A DNA stretch of 46,584 nucleotides, taken from positions 1 to 46,584 of the forward strand of contig DATBCJ010000090.1 in assembly GCA_036270565.1 (NCBI GenBank), given 5' to 3'. Under the pieces are notes generated by a model. It was not told the origin of the DNA, did not search any database, and saw only the letters and a program-made list of their open reading frames with translations. Within the stretch, counting starts at the first letter, position 1; every line of letters begins with the position of its first letter. The position numbers and the translations under genes are program-made. Source of the stretch: Candidatus Dormiibacterota bacterium (GTDB taxonomy: Bacteria; Chloroflexota; Dormibacteria; Aeolococcales; Aeolococcaceae). Shown here piece after piece: positions 36,538 to 44,307 of the stretch.

Positions 36538-36903
36538 ATGAAGAAGGTCCTGATCATCGAGGACTACTACGCGCTGGCCGACATCGAGTCGCTGCTCTGC
36601 ACGATGGAGGGGTACGAGGTTCGCGTTGCCAAGAGTGGTGACGAAGGCCTGACGTTGTTCACGGACTTCAGGCCCGACCTGGTCCTGCTCGACCTCATGC
36701 TTCCCGGCGAGCTCAGCGGCACCCAGGTGCTGGAACGGATCCGGGCCGAGCACGGCGACGGGGCCAAGGTCCTCGTGGTCAGCGCGCTGGTCAATGCCAC
36801 GACCACGCCCAAGCTCGAGGCGTACGGCAACGTTCAGACCCTGGCGAAACCCTTCAAGATCAAGGAACTCGCCTCGCGCATCCAATCGATGCTCGCGGCC
36901 TGA
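36538..36903 (+). CDS. Single-domain (CheY-like) response regulator receiver
   Basis: From the ATG at 36538 the protein reads MKKVLIIEDYYALAD...PDLVLLDLMLPG...VVSAL...LAKPF. It has no output domain and there is no adjacent kinase. Confidence 0.85.
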   Translation: MKKVLIIEDYYALADIESLLCTMEGYEVRVAKSGDEGLTLFTDFRPDLVLLDLMLPGELSGTQVLERIRAEHGDGAKVLVVSALVNATTTPKLEAYGNVQTLAKPFKIKELASRIQSMLAA

Positions 36904-36920
36904 TCCAGAGCGAATTCACC

Positions 36921-37214
36921 GTGCGCGCCGAGCCCCCGCTCTCCGGTCGCGATGAGGACCAGCCGCGCCCGGGCCGTCCCGCCCGCCGAGCCATCCCCTT
37001 GCAGCGCTGCCCCTATCTCGAACAGATCCTCCGTGAGCCCGCGGCATTGGGTCTGCTCACTCGCTACAAGGCGGATTGCCACGTCGACCGTCGCACCCAC
37101 CACTTCACGGGCCGGCACCCCGTGCCCCCGTGCATCAGCGAGCCCTCGACCTGCCATCTGTATCGCGAGAAGTGGGCCGAGGAGAGCCACCTCATCGACC
37201 GCTACCGCGACTGA
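36921..37214 (+). CDS. Small hypothetical Cys/His-rich protein
   Basis: The 97 aa ORF has a GTG start and clearly high GC3 in this frame. It contains C30, C53-H54, H60-H61, H66, C71 and C78-H79 (CPYLEQ...DCHVDRRTHHFTGRHPVPPCISEPSTCHLY). Its 3' end overlaps the convergent metH stop by 13 nt. There is no obvious SD. Confidence 0.45.
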   Translation: MRAEPPLSGRDEDQPRPGRPARRAIPLQRCPYLEQILREPAALGLLTRYKADCHVDRRTHHFTGRHPVPPCISEPSTCHLYREKWAEESHLIDRYRD

Positions 37215-40200
37215 GCCACCGCCGCGATGAGAGGTGGGGGTTCCATCTCCGGCGCGCCCGGGCCATCGACGTCGCCGCCGCCATACACAGCGAAGTAGCG
37301 CGACTGGGGGTGGTGCATGACCACCGCGGCGGTCGACTGTTCGGGCACCAGCTGATACCCCTCGGTGAGGTCGACACCGATGAGCTCGCCGGGAACGATC
37401 CGGAAGAACGTCTGGTGGTCCTCGAGGTCGGGACACGAGGGGTACCCCCACGAGTACCGGCGACCCTGGTCGGGCTCGAGCCCCAGCTCCTCGCGGATGC
37501 GCAGGTGCAGCCACTCGGCCGTGGCCTCGGCCATCTGGGTGGCGAATCCGTGCACGCGGAGCATGTCGTCGTACTCGCCCTCGCGCTGCAGCCGAGCGCT
37601 CAGCTCTGAGGCGCCCGGGCCGGTGGTGACCAGCTGGAGCGCCACCACGTCGCGCTCACCGGCTCCGGCTCTGTCGATGGGCCGCACGTAGTCGGCGAGG
37701 CAGAGACGGTTCTGAGCGCGCTGCCGCGGGAAGGCGAATCGGGCGAGCTCGACGTCGTGTCGTTCGGGGTCATAGATGACCACGGAGTCGCCGTCGGCGA
37801 GCGCCGGCCAGTACCCGTACACGGCCTGCAGGCGCAGCCATTCACCCCGCCGCGCCTCGTCGATCGACCGTGCCAGCCGCGGCTCCAGCTCGTCCTTGAG
37901 CAGCGCCGCCCATTTGACGGGGTCGTGCACGCCCTTGAACTGCCAGCTCATCTTGAAGAGGGAGTTGCGATCGATGCACGGGATCACCTCGTCGAGGTCG
38001 ATGTTGTCGAGGTGCCGCGGGCCCCAGAACGGCGGCGCTGGCAACGGCACGTCGGTCCGGGTGTCGCTGCGCAACGCCAGCGGGGCGCCGTCGCTTTGGG
38101 CCGCCGCCGCGTGGCGCCGCGCGTCGCGCTCACCATCACGCTCGGCCTGGTGGACTGCCTCATCGCGGATGCGCTCGACGAGCGCACGCCGTCGTGGCTC
38201 GTCGCGGAGCTGCTCCACGGTGTCGAGGCCCTCAAAGGCGTCCTTGCAGTAGAAGACACCGGGGTCGTAGACGCGGCCGTCGTCGAGGGTGAGGATGCGC
38301 CGCCCGAAGCCGCGGTTGATGGCGGCGCCGCCGATGATCACCGGGAACTCGAGGCCGCGAGCGGAGAGCTCGTTCAGGCAGAGCGGCATCTGCTTGCTGG
38401 TGCTCACCAGCAGCGCGCTCAAGCCGATCACGTCCGCGTCCACCTCGACGGCGCGGTCGATGATGGTGGTCATCGGCACCTGCTTGCCGAGGTCGTGCAC
38501 GGTGTAGCCGTTGTTGCTGAGGATGGTGTTGACCAGGTTCTTGCCGATGTCGTGCACGTCGCCGTAGACGGTGGCGAGCACGACCGTGCCCTTGGAGGTG
38601 CCCTCCACGCGGTCGAGGTACTTCTCGAGCTGACCGACCGCGCGCTTCATCACCTCTGCGCTCTGCAGCACGAAGGGAAGGATCAGCTCGCCGGCGCCGA
38701 ACCGGTCGCCCACCTCTTTCATCGCAGGCAGCAGCACTTCGTTGAGGACCAGCACCGGGTCCCGCTGCGCGACAGCGAGGTCGATCTGCTCCTCGATGCC
38801 GTCGCGCCGGCGCTGCAGGATCTGTGCATGGATTCGCGCCGCCGGGTCCATGCCAGCGTACGGGTCTGCGCTGCTGGACACGGCGGTGCCACTGTCGCTG
38901 GCACCGTCGAAGTGGGCGATGAATCGTGCCAAGGAATCCTCGCGGCGGTTGAAGATGAGGTCTTCGGCCAGCTCGCGCTCGGTGGTGCCGATCTCCGCGT
39001 AGGGGGTGATGTGGGCGGGGTTGACGATGGCGGCGTCCAGCCCGGCCTGCACGCAGTGGTAGAGGAAGACGCTGTTGAGCGTCGGCCGGCTCGCCACCGA
39101 GAGGCCGAAGGAGACATTGGAGACACCGAGGACGGTCCCGACGCCTGGGAGCGATTCCTTGATGCGCCGGATCCCTTCGATGGTCTGGTGCGCGGAGTCG
39201 ATGTATTCGGCTTCGCCGGTGGCCAGGGTGAAGGTCAGCGCATCGAAGAGGAGTTGTTCACTGCGCAGGTCGAACTCTTCGCAGGCGATGTCGCGGATCC
39301 GCGTGGCCACGGCCAGCTTGCGCTCGGCGGTGTTGGCCATGCCCGCCTCGTCGATCGTCAACGCGATGACACACGCACCGTGGTCGCGAACCAGCGGGAG
39401 CACGCTCTCGCAGCGGGTGCGGCCGTTCTCCAGGTTGACGCTGTTGATCACGGCCCGCCCGGGGTAGGACTCGAGGGCGGCGCGGATGACGCTGGCGTCG
39501 GTGCTGTCGATGATCAACGGCGCGTCGACCGACATCTCGAGCCCACGGACCACCTCGCGCATCTGCTCCGCCTCGTCGCTGCGCTCGGTGACGGCGACAC
39601 ACACGTCGAGTGCGTGTGCCCCGCCCTCCGACTGTCCGCGGCCGATGGCGACGATGCCGTTGTAATCCTCGTCGAGGAGCAGCCGCTTGACTGCGCGGGA
39701 TCCATGGGCGTTGACGCGTTCGCCGATGAGCAGCGGTGCGGGTTGTTGCCGGAGCTCGAGGTCGCTCATCGCGCTGGCCAGGCGGGGCACGCCGTCGCCG
39801 CGTCGCTCGGGGGCGGGCAGCGACCCCACCCGGGCGACCAGCTCGGCGATGTGTTCGCTCGTCGTCCCGCAGCAGCCCCCCACCGCCGCCACACCGAGGC
39901 GCCGCACGAAGTCCTCGAGCTGGACTCCCATCTCGACGGCGCCCAGCGGGAAATGGGCGCGCCCGCCGACGTTGGTGGGAATGCCGGCGTTGGGGATGCA
40001 CGTGACCGGCACTGAGCTGCGTTCGGTGAGGACGCGGATGCCATCGCGCATCAGCTCAGGACCGGTCGAGCAGTTGACCCCGATGAGGTCGACGCCGAGC
40101 GAGTCGAGGATGGCCACAACCGCGCCCGGCTGGGTTCCGAGGAGCATCGTTCCGCTGGTGTCGAGGAGGCTGACCGACGCTTGCAGGGGGACCGTGACGC

Positions 40201-40783
40201 CGGTGCGGGCAAACGCCTCGCGACAGCCGAGGATCGCCGCCCTCACCTCGAGGATGTCCTGCGCCGTCTCGATGATGAGCAGGTCGCTGCCTCCTTCGAG
40301 CAGGCCCTGCGCCTGTTCGGCGAACGCCTCCAGCAGCGTTGCGAAGCTGATGTCGGACAGCGTGGGATCGCTCGACGAGGGCAGGTACCCTGTCGGTCCC
40401 ATGCTTCCCGCCACGAAGCGCGGGTGCTCGGCGGTGCTGTACTCGTCGCAGAGGCGCCGCGCCAGAGCCGCGGCCTGGCGGTTCAGCTCGAGGGTGTGCT
40501 CGGCCTGCCCCCATTCACTGAGGCGCAGACGGGTCGCCTGGAACGTGGACGTCTCCACCACGTCGCAGCCCACCTCGAGGAACGAGCGATGCACCTTCTC
40601 GACCAGGTGGGGCGCGTGCAGGACGAGTCCGTCCATCCAGCCCTCGAGCTTGGGGCCGCCGAAATCGGCGACGGTGGGCTCGAGTGACTGCAGGCCCGTG
40701 CCCATGGCGCCGTCATAGACGAGGACGCGCCGACTGAGGGCCTCGAGAAAGGAGCGGCGATTCTTCGCCGGTGTCTGAGTCAT
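37202..40783 (-). CDS. metH: Cobalamin-dependent methionine synthase
   Basis: The 1193 aa product has an N-terminal homocysteine S-methyltransferase domain (VYDGAMGT...GGCCGT), a pterin-binding domain, the B12-binding DxHxxG motif (GDVHDIGKN) and a C-terminal AdoMet-activation domain. Confidence 0.96.
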   Translation of the reverse strand: MTQTPAKNRRSFLEALSRRVLVYDGAMGTGLQSLEPTVADFGGPKLEGWMDGLVLHAPHLVEKVHRSFLEVGCDVVETSTFQATRLRLSEWGQAEHTLELNRQAAALARRLCDEYSTAEHPRFVAGSMGPTGYLPSSSDPTLSDISFATLLEAFAEQAQGLLEGGSDLLIIETAQDILEVRAAILGCREAFARTGVTVPLQASVSLLDTSGTMLLGTQPGAVVAILDSLGVDLIGVNCSTGPELMRDGIRVLTERSSVPVTCIPNAGIPTNVGGRAHFPLGAVEMGVQLEDFVRRLGVAAVGGCCGTTSEHIAELVARVGSLPAPERRGDGVPRLASAMSDLELRQQPAPLLIGERVNAHGSRAVKRLLLDEDYNGIVAIGRGQSEGGAHALDVCVAVTERSDEAEQMREVVRGLEMSVDAPLIIDSTDASVIRAALESYPGRAVINSVNLENGRTRCESVLPLVRDHGACVIALTIDEAGMANTAERKLAVATRIRDIACEEFDLRSEQLLFDALTFTLATGEAEYIDSAHQTIEGIRRIKESLPGVGTVLGVSNVSFGLSVASRPTLNSVFLYHCVQAGLDAAIVNPAHITPYAEIGTTERELAEDLIFNRREDSLARFIAHFDGASDSGTAVSSSADPYAGMDPAARIHAQILQRRRDGIEEQIDLAVAQRDPVLVLNEVLLPAMKEVGDRFGAGELILPFVLQSAEVMKRAVGQLEKYLDRVEGTSKGTVVLATVYGDVHDIGKNLVNTILSNNGYTVHDLGKQVPMTTIIDRAVEVDADVIGLSALLVSTSKQMPLCLNELSARGLEFPVIIGGAAINRGFGRRILTLDDGRVYDPGVFYCKDAFEGLDTVEQLRDEPRRRALVERIRDEAVHQAERDGERDARRHAAAAQSDGAPLALRSDTRTDVPLPAPPFWGPRHLDNIDLDEVIPCIDRNSLFKMSWQFKGVHDPVKWAALLKDELEPRLARSIDEARRGEWLRLQAVYGYWPALADGDSVVIYDPERHDVELARFAFPRQRAQNRLCLADYVRPIDRAGAGERDVVALQLVTTGPGASELSARLQREGEYDDMLRVHGFATQMAEATAEWLHLRIREELGLEPDQGRRYSWGYPSCPDLEDHQTFFRIVPGELIGVDLTEGYQLVPEQSTAAVVMHHPQSRYFAVYGGGDVDGPGAPEMEPPPLIAAVAQSR

Positions 40784-40788
40784 TCACT

Positions 40789-40812
40789 CTCCTGTGAATT
40801 CCCCTGATTCTA
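40789..40812 (-). promoter_or_regulatory. metH SD (AGGAG) and candidate -10 hexamer TAGAAT
   Basis: The minus strand reads gccggTAGAATcaggggaattcacAGGAGagtgaATG. TAGAAT is the complement of 40807-40812 and AGGAG is the complement of 40789-40793. This implies a short 5' UTR. Confidence 0.4.
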
Positions 40813-41021
40813 CCGGCGATTCGAATTCCCGCGACCGCAATGGCGGCCGTGGCCGTGTTACCCTCGGCCGCGTTGCGGGTCCACCGCACAACGGTTCATG
40901 GGAGATCCTCTTGGCACGACGCCCACCTCGCCCCGGCGGCGCCCGCCGCCGTGGTCCCGCACGCCGCCGCGATCCAGCGGCCGCAGCGGAGGCGGCCGAG
41001 GCCAAGGAGGAGACGATCGAG

Positions 41022-41216
41022 ATGGACGCGACGGTCGTCGAGCCCCTCCCCAACGCGATGTTCAAGGTCAAGCTGCTGACCGGCCAGGAGGTTCTCGCCT
41101 ACACCGCCGGCAAGATGCGTAAATTTTACATTCGCATCCTCATCGGCGACAAAGTACGGGTCGAGCTCAGTCCGTACGACCTCACCCGCGGGCGGATCAC
41201 GTTCCGCTACAAGTAA
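41022..41216 (+). CDS. infA: Translation initiation factor IF-1
   Basis: The protein reads [73 protein letters not shown] (41004-41012) lies upstream of the ATG at 41022. The in-frame codons just upstream encode AKEETIE, so the start is uncertain; the alternative is the TTG at 40911. Confidence 0.85.
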   Translation: MDATVVEPLPNAMFKVKLLTGQEVLAYTAGKMRKFYIRILIGDKVRVELSPYDLTRGRITFRYK

Positions 41217-41222
41217 CCCGCC

Positions 41223-41699
41223 ATGGCGGTCTACGTCATCGTCATCGTCGTGGTTGTGCTGCTGCTGGTCGCGGCCTACCGCTCCCTCGGCGGGGCCGCG
41301 CCCCAACCCGCCGCGACGCCCGCGCTGATGACGTCGTTGCATGCAGAACTGCGCGCGTCGCTCGACGGGCTGTCGGCGTGGGTGGACAGTCCCGAGCCTC
41401 GGGTCGTGGCCGAGCAGGCCGCGCGCGCCGGCCGCCGGCGCATCGCTGCCGTGCAGCAGACACTCGAGAGTTTGCCGGCGGAAGACCACTTCGGCGGCGG
41501 CGCAGCAGCAACCCGCACACTCCTGGTCACGGCCGCCGAGGACGCGGCGTGGGCCTGGCGGATCGTGGGCGCCGACGGCGCCAGCCCGGGGCTCAACGCC
41601 GCTGTGGCGGCGCTGCGCGACCACGCCGCCGAATGCTGCGCGGCGGCGGAGAGCCTACTTGGCGACGCGGCGGGAGGCGAACCAGCCCACCGTCTGTGA
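41223..41699 (+). CDS. Hypothetical N-terminally membrane-anchored protein
   Basis: The 158 aa product starts 6 nt after the infA stop with MAVYVIVIVVVVLLLVAAY followed by an Ala-rich helical region. GC3 is high. Its 3' end overlaps the convergent epimerase gene by 45 nt. Confidence 0.5.
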   Translation: MAVYVIVIVVVVLLLVAAYRSLGGAAPQPAATPALMTSLHAELRASLDGLSAWVDSPEPRVVAEQAARAGRRRIAAVQQTLESLPAEDHFGGGAAATRTLLVTAAEDAAWAWRIVGADGASPGLNAAVAALRDHAAECCAAAESLLGDAAGGEPAHRL

Positions 41700-42584
41700 C
41701 AGTCCCTCGTCGAGCTTCATCCGCGGACGCCAGGCGAGGAGGGTGGCGGCGCGCGAGATGTCGAGCACAGAGCGACGCTGCTCACCCAGCTTGGCCGGCC
41801 CGTGCCGAGGTTCGCGCGACACGCCGGCTGCCCGCGCGATGTGCGAATAGAGCTCGTTGACGTCGCACGCCACGCCGGTGCCGATGTTGAACGCACCGAG
41901 GTGGGGTGTCTGGGCGGCGCTCAGGTTGGCGGCGACGACGTCGTCGACGTGCACGTAGTCGCGCGTCTGGCCGCCGTCTCCGTTGATGACCGCGTCGCCT
42001 CCCTCGAGGAGACGCTCGGCAAAGATCGCCACCACCCCGGCCTCGCCGTGGGGGTCCTGCCTCGGTCCGTACACGTTGGCGTATCGCAGCGCGACAAACT
42101 CGAGACCGTGCACCTGGGCAAAGACGCTGCCGTAGCTCTCGCCGGCGAGCTTGGCGGCGCCGTACGCCGACGCCGGCGCGCACGGGTGGGTCTCGGGTGT
42201 CGGGAGCACGTCGGTATCGCCGTACAGCACTCCGCCGCTTGATGCGAACACCACACGGCGAACCCCGGCGCGGACGCACGCGTCGAGCACGTTGACGGTG
42301 CCGAGCACGTTGATCCGCGTGTCGAGGACCGGGTCACTGACCGAGCGACGCACGTCGATCTGCGCTGCGAGGTGGAAGACGACGTCGGGCCTGGTCGCGG
42401 CGACCACGGCCGCGAACGCATCGTCGACGACATCGACACGGTGGAAGGCCGCGGCGGCCGCCACCTGCTCGCGCCGGCCGCGCGACAGGTCGTCGACCAC
42501 GCTGACCTCGGCGCCTTCGCCGAGCAGCGCGTCGACCAGCGTGGAGCCGATGAACCCCGCGCCGCCGGTGACCAGCGCTCTCAC
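41655..42584 (-). CDS. NAD-dependent epimerase/dehydratase (GalE-like)
   Basis: The 309 aa product has ALVTGGAGFIGS and YGAAKLAGE (YxxxK). The GTG start overlaps the upstream stop (GTGA at 42581-42584). Confidence 0.9.
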   Translation of the reverse strand: MRALVTGGAGFIGSTLVDALLGEGAEVSVVDDLSRGRREQVAAAAAFHRVDVVDDAFAAVVAATRPDVVFHLAAQIDVRRSVSDPVLDTRINVLGTVNVLDACVRAGVRRVVFASSGGVLYGDTDVLPTPETHPCAPASAYGAAKLAGESYGSVFAQVHGLEFVALRYANVYGPRQDPHGEAGVVAIFAERLLEGGDAVINGDGGQTRDYVHVDDVVAANLSAAQTPHLGAFNIGTGVACDVNELYSHIARAAGVSREPRHGPAKLGEQRRSVLDISRAATLLAWRPRMKLDEGLSQTVGWFASRRVAK

Positions 42585-43633
42585 CGGACCGCCCGGGTCA
42601 GAGCCTCATCGCGAACCCGCGGCAGGCGGACGTGGGTCACCGCGAAGACGATGGCGCCCACCGCCACCACGCTGCCGTAGCTGATGCTGCGATCGAGCAG
42701 CGCGATGCTGAGCGCCGCGTTGCGACCCAGGTCGCCGACGCTGACGAGCACGCCGACCATGCCGGCCTCCACAAGTCCGAGGCCGCCGGGCAGGAATGGC
42801 ACGGTTGTAAGAAGTGCCGCGACCAGGGCGATCAGCAGCAGTTGCGCCGGCCCCAGCGAGCCCCCGTCGCCGAGCGCGAACACGACCAGTGCCAGCCGGG
42901 CACTCTCCATCGCCCACACAAGCGCCGTCAGCGGGACCAACACCTCGAGGTGCCGGAACGACGCGACGGTGCCCATGCGGAAGCTCTCGTAGCGGTGGAA
43001 GACCGCCTCAGGAAGCAGGCGCACCAGCCGCTGGCCGCGCCCCGCGCGCATCACCAGGATGGCCCCGATCCCGGCGGCGCAGACGACGAAACCGGCCACC
43101 AGGTAGGGGATCAGCACGCCGGGCGCGCGGTCGTGGAACAGGATCGCACCGGCCACGAGCAGCAGTCCCATCAGCACCACGAGGTCGAGCAGGCGCTCCG
43201 CGATGATCGTGCCCAGCGCTCGCGACACCGGCACGCGCAGGCGCAGCCGGGCCAGGTAGGCGCGGTAGACGTCGCCCATCTTGGCTGGGACCACACAGTT
43301 GACGAAGAACGACACCACCATGATCGGCACCAGCGGCAGGATGCGTCGGTCCTCGCCGGCGTTGCGCAGGAGCAGCTTCCAGCGCCAGCTGCGCACCAGG
43401 AAGGATGACTGGTAGACGAGGAGCGCGGCCAGGTACAGGCCGAGGTTGGCGTGGCGAATCCGGTTCCATGCGTCCGACCAGTCGATCGGCGCCCGCCAGA
43501 TCGCCACGGCCACGATCACCGCCGCGGCGGCCAGCGAGAGAACGGTGCGACGGGTGAGAAGTCGGCCGGGAGGCGGCAGCGCCGCGCCGTCCGGCGCCGG
43601 CTCACTCACCGCGGGCGCAGGACTGAGTGACAT
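42581..43633 (-). CDS. UPF0104 / lysylphosphatidylglycerol-synthase-TM-region ('flippase-like') membrane protein, second copy
   Basis: The polytopic product reads FLVRSWRWKLLLR...VVSFFVNCVVPAKMGDVYRAYL...TVPFLPGGLGLVEAG. I prefer the ATG at 43633; the track start at 43642 is a TTG. Confidence 0.75.
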   Translation of the reverse strand: MSLSPAPAVSEPAPDGAALPPPGRLLTRRTVLSLAAAAVIVAVAIWRAPIDWSDAWNRIRHANLGLYLAALLVYQSSFLVRSWRWKLLLRNAGEDRRILPLVPIMVVSFFVNCVVPAKMGDVYRAYLARLRLRVPVSRALGTIIAERLLDLVVLMGLLLVAGAILFHDRAPGVLIPYLVAGFVVCAAGIGAILVMRAGRGQRLVRLLPEAVFHRYESFRMGTVASFRHLEVLVPLTALVWAMESARLALVVFALGDGGSLGPAQLLLIALVAALLTTVPFLPGGLGLVEAGMVGVLVSVGDLGRNAALSIALLDRSISYGSVVAVGAIVFAVTHVRLPRVRDEALTRAVR

Positions 43634-43685
43634 TGCCAGCAACGGTACCAGCGATCCCCCTGGTCGACGGTCATGTCGAGGGCGC

Positions 43686-44222
43686 TCAGGATGAGCGCCG
43701 GCGACCCACCCGGCTCATCAGCGGGCGCCGCTGCTCCGGGGTGGCCATCTCCTCGAGGTGGCGCTCCCGTTCGGCGAGAACCCGCGTGACCGTGTCGATG
43801 CGCTCGCCGTCGCCCCTCTCGGAGAACGGACGGCTGTCCCACTGGCGGATCTGGAACACGGCCTTGAGCGCGCAGTAGGGGACCGCGAGCGTGGTCAGCT
43901 CCGTCTCACCCTGGGGAACGACGCGCCAGATGCCGCCGTGGCGGCCGAGCAGGGCGCCCGGCTCGATCGACACGCGCAGCACCTGTCCGTCGAGAAAATG
44001 GAACGCGGCGCGGTCCCAGCCGGCGGTGATCTCGGCTGAGGGCGCCGGTTGCGGCGAACCGACCACGATCTGGGTGATCGCCGTCAGGGGCAGGATGGCG
44101 CGCTGATTGTTGGGCTCCACCCCGCGCACCTCCGCCTCGATGACGGGCATCTCGAAGGTGAGCTCGGGGATCTCGGCGTGGAGAACCTCACCGTCGACGA
44201 AGCTGATCACCACCGAGGCCAT
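43686..44222 (-). CDS. Hypothetical protein with an internal tandem duplication and a basic C-terminal tail
   Basis: From the ATG at 44222, repeat 1 is VVISFVDGEVLHAEI...AILPLTAITQIVVG and repeat 2 is AAFHFLDGQVLRVSI...LAVPYCALKAVFQI. The tail reads ...EQRRPLMSRVGRRRSS. GC3 is high. I recognise no family. Confidence 0.55.
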   Translation of the reverse strand: MASVVISFVDGEVLHAEIPELTFEMPVIEAEVRGVEPNNQRAILPLTAITQIVVGSPQPAPSAEITAGWDRAAFHFLDGQVLRVSIEPGALLGRHGGIWRVVPQGETELTTLAVPYCALKAVFQIRQWDSRPFSERGDGERIDTVTRVLAERERHLEEMATPEQRRPLMSRVGRRRSS

Positions 44223-44307
44223 CCCCGCAGCGTACGGCAGCACCAAGAGGCCACGCCCGCCGCCGTCACCGAAAGGTGACGGAGGTGGTCACGAAGCCCG
44301 GGGTACG

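Noticed and set aside
36834-37514. 226 aa minus-strand ORF overlapping the receiver 3' end, the Cys/His ORF and the metH 3' end
   Set aside because: It is out of frame with metH over its C-terminal domain, its translation is Arg/Gly/Ala-rich, and it has no motif.
40818-40836. tRNA T-arm-like string (minus strand GCGGGAATTCGAATCGCC)
   Set aside because: It resembles GGTTCGAATCC only superficially. The flanks do not pair as a T-stem, and no acceptor or anticodon arms can be built around it.
40784-41021. Possible cobalamin, SAM or SAH riboswitch in the 238 bp metH/infA divergent spacer
   Set aside because: Reading the minus strand, I could not find the B12 box, SAM-I/SAM-IV cores or the SAH riboswitch consensus. 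A good TAGAAT -10 lies only ~24 nt from the metH ATG, leaving no room for an aptamer. A B12 riboswitch would also be unexpected on B12-dependent metH. An Infernal scan is still needed to be certain.
40794-41216. 140 aa version of infA starting at the GTG at 40794
   Set aside because: That start would lie inside the metH SD/promoter region, 11 nt from the divergent ATG. It would add ~75 non-homologous residues to a ~70 aa protein family.
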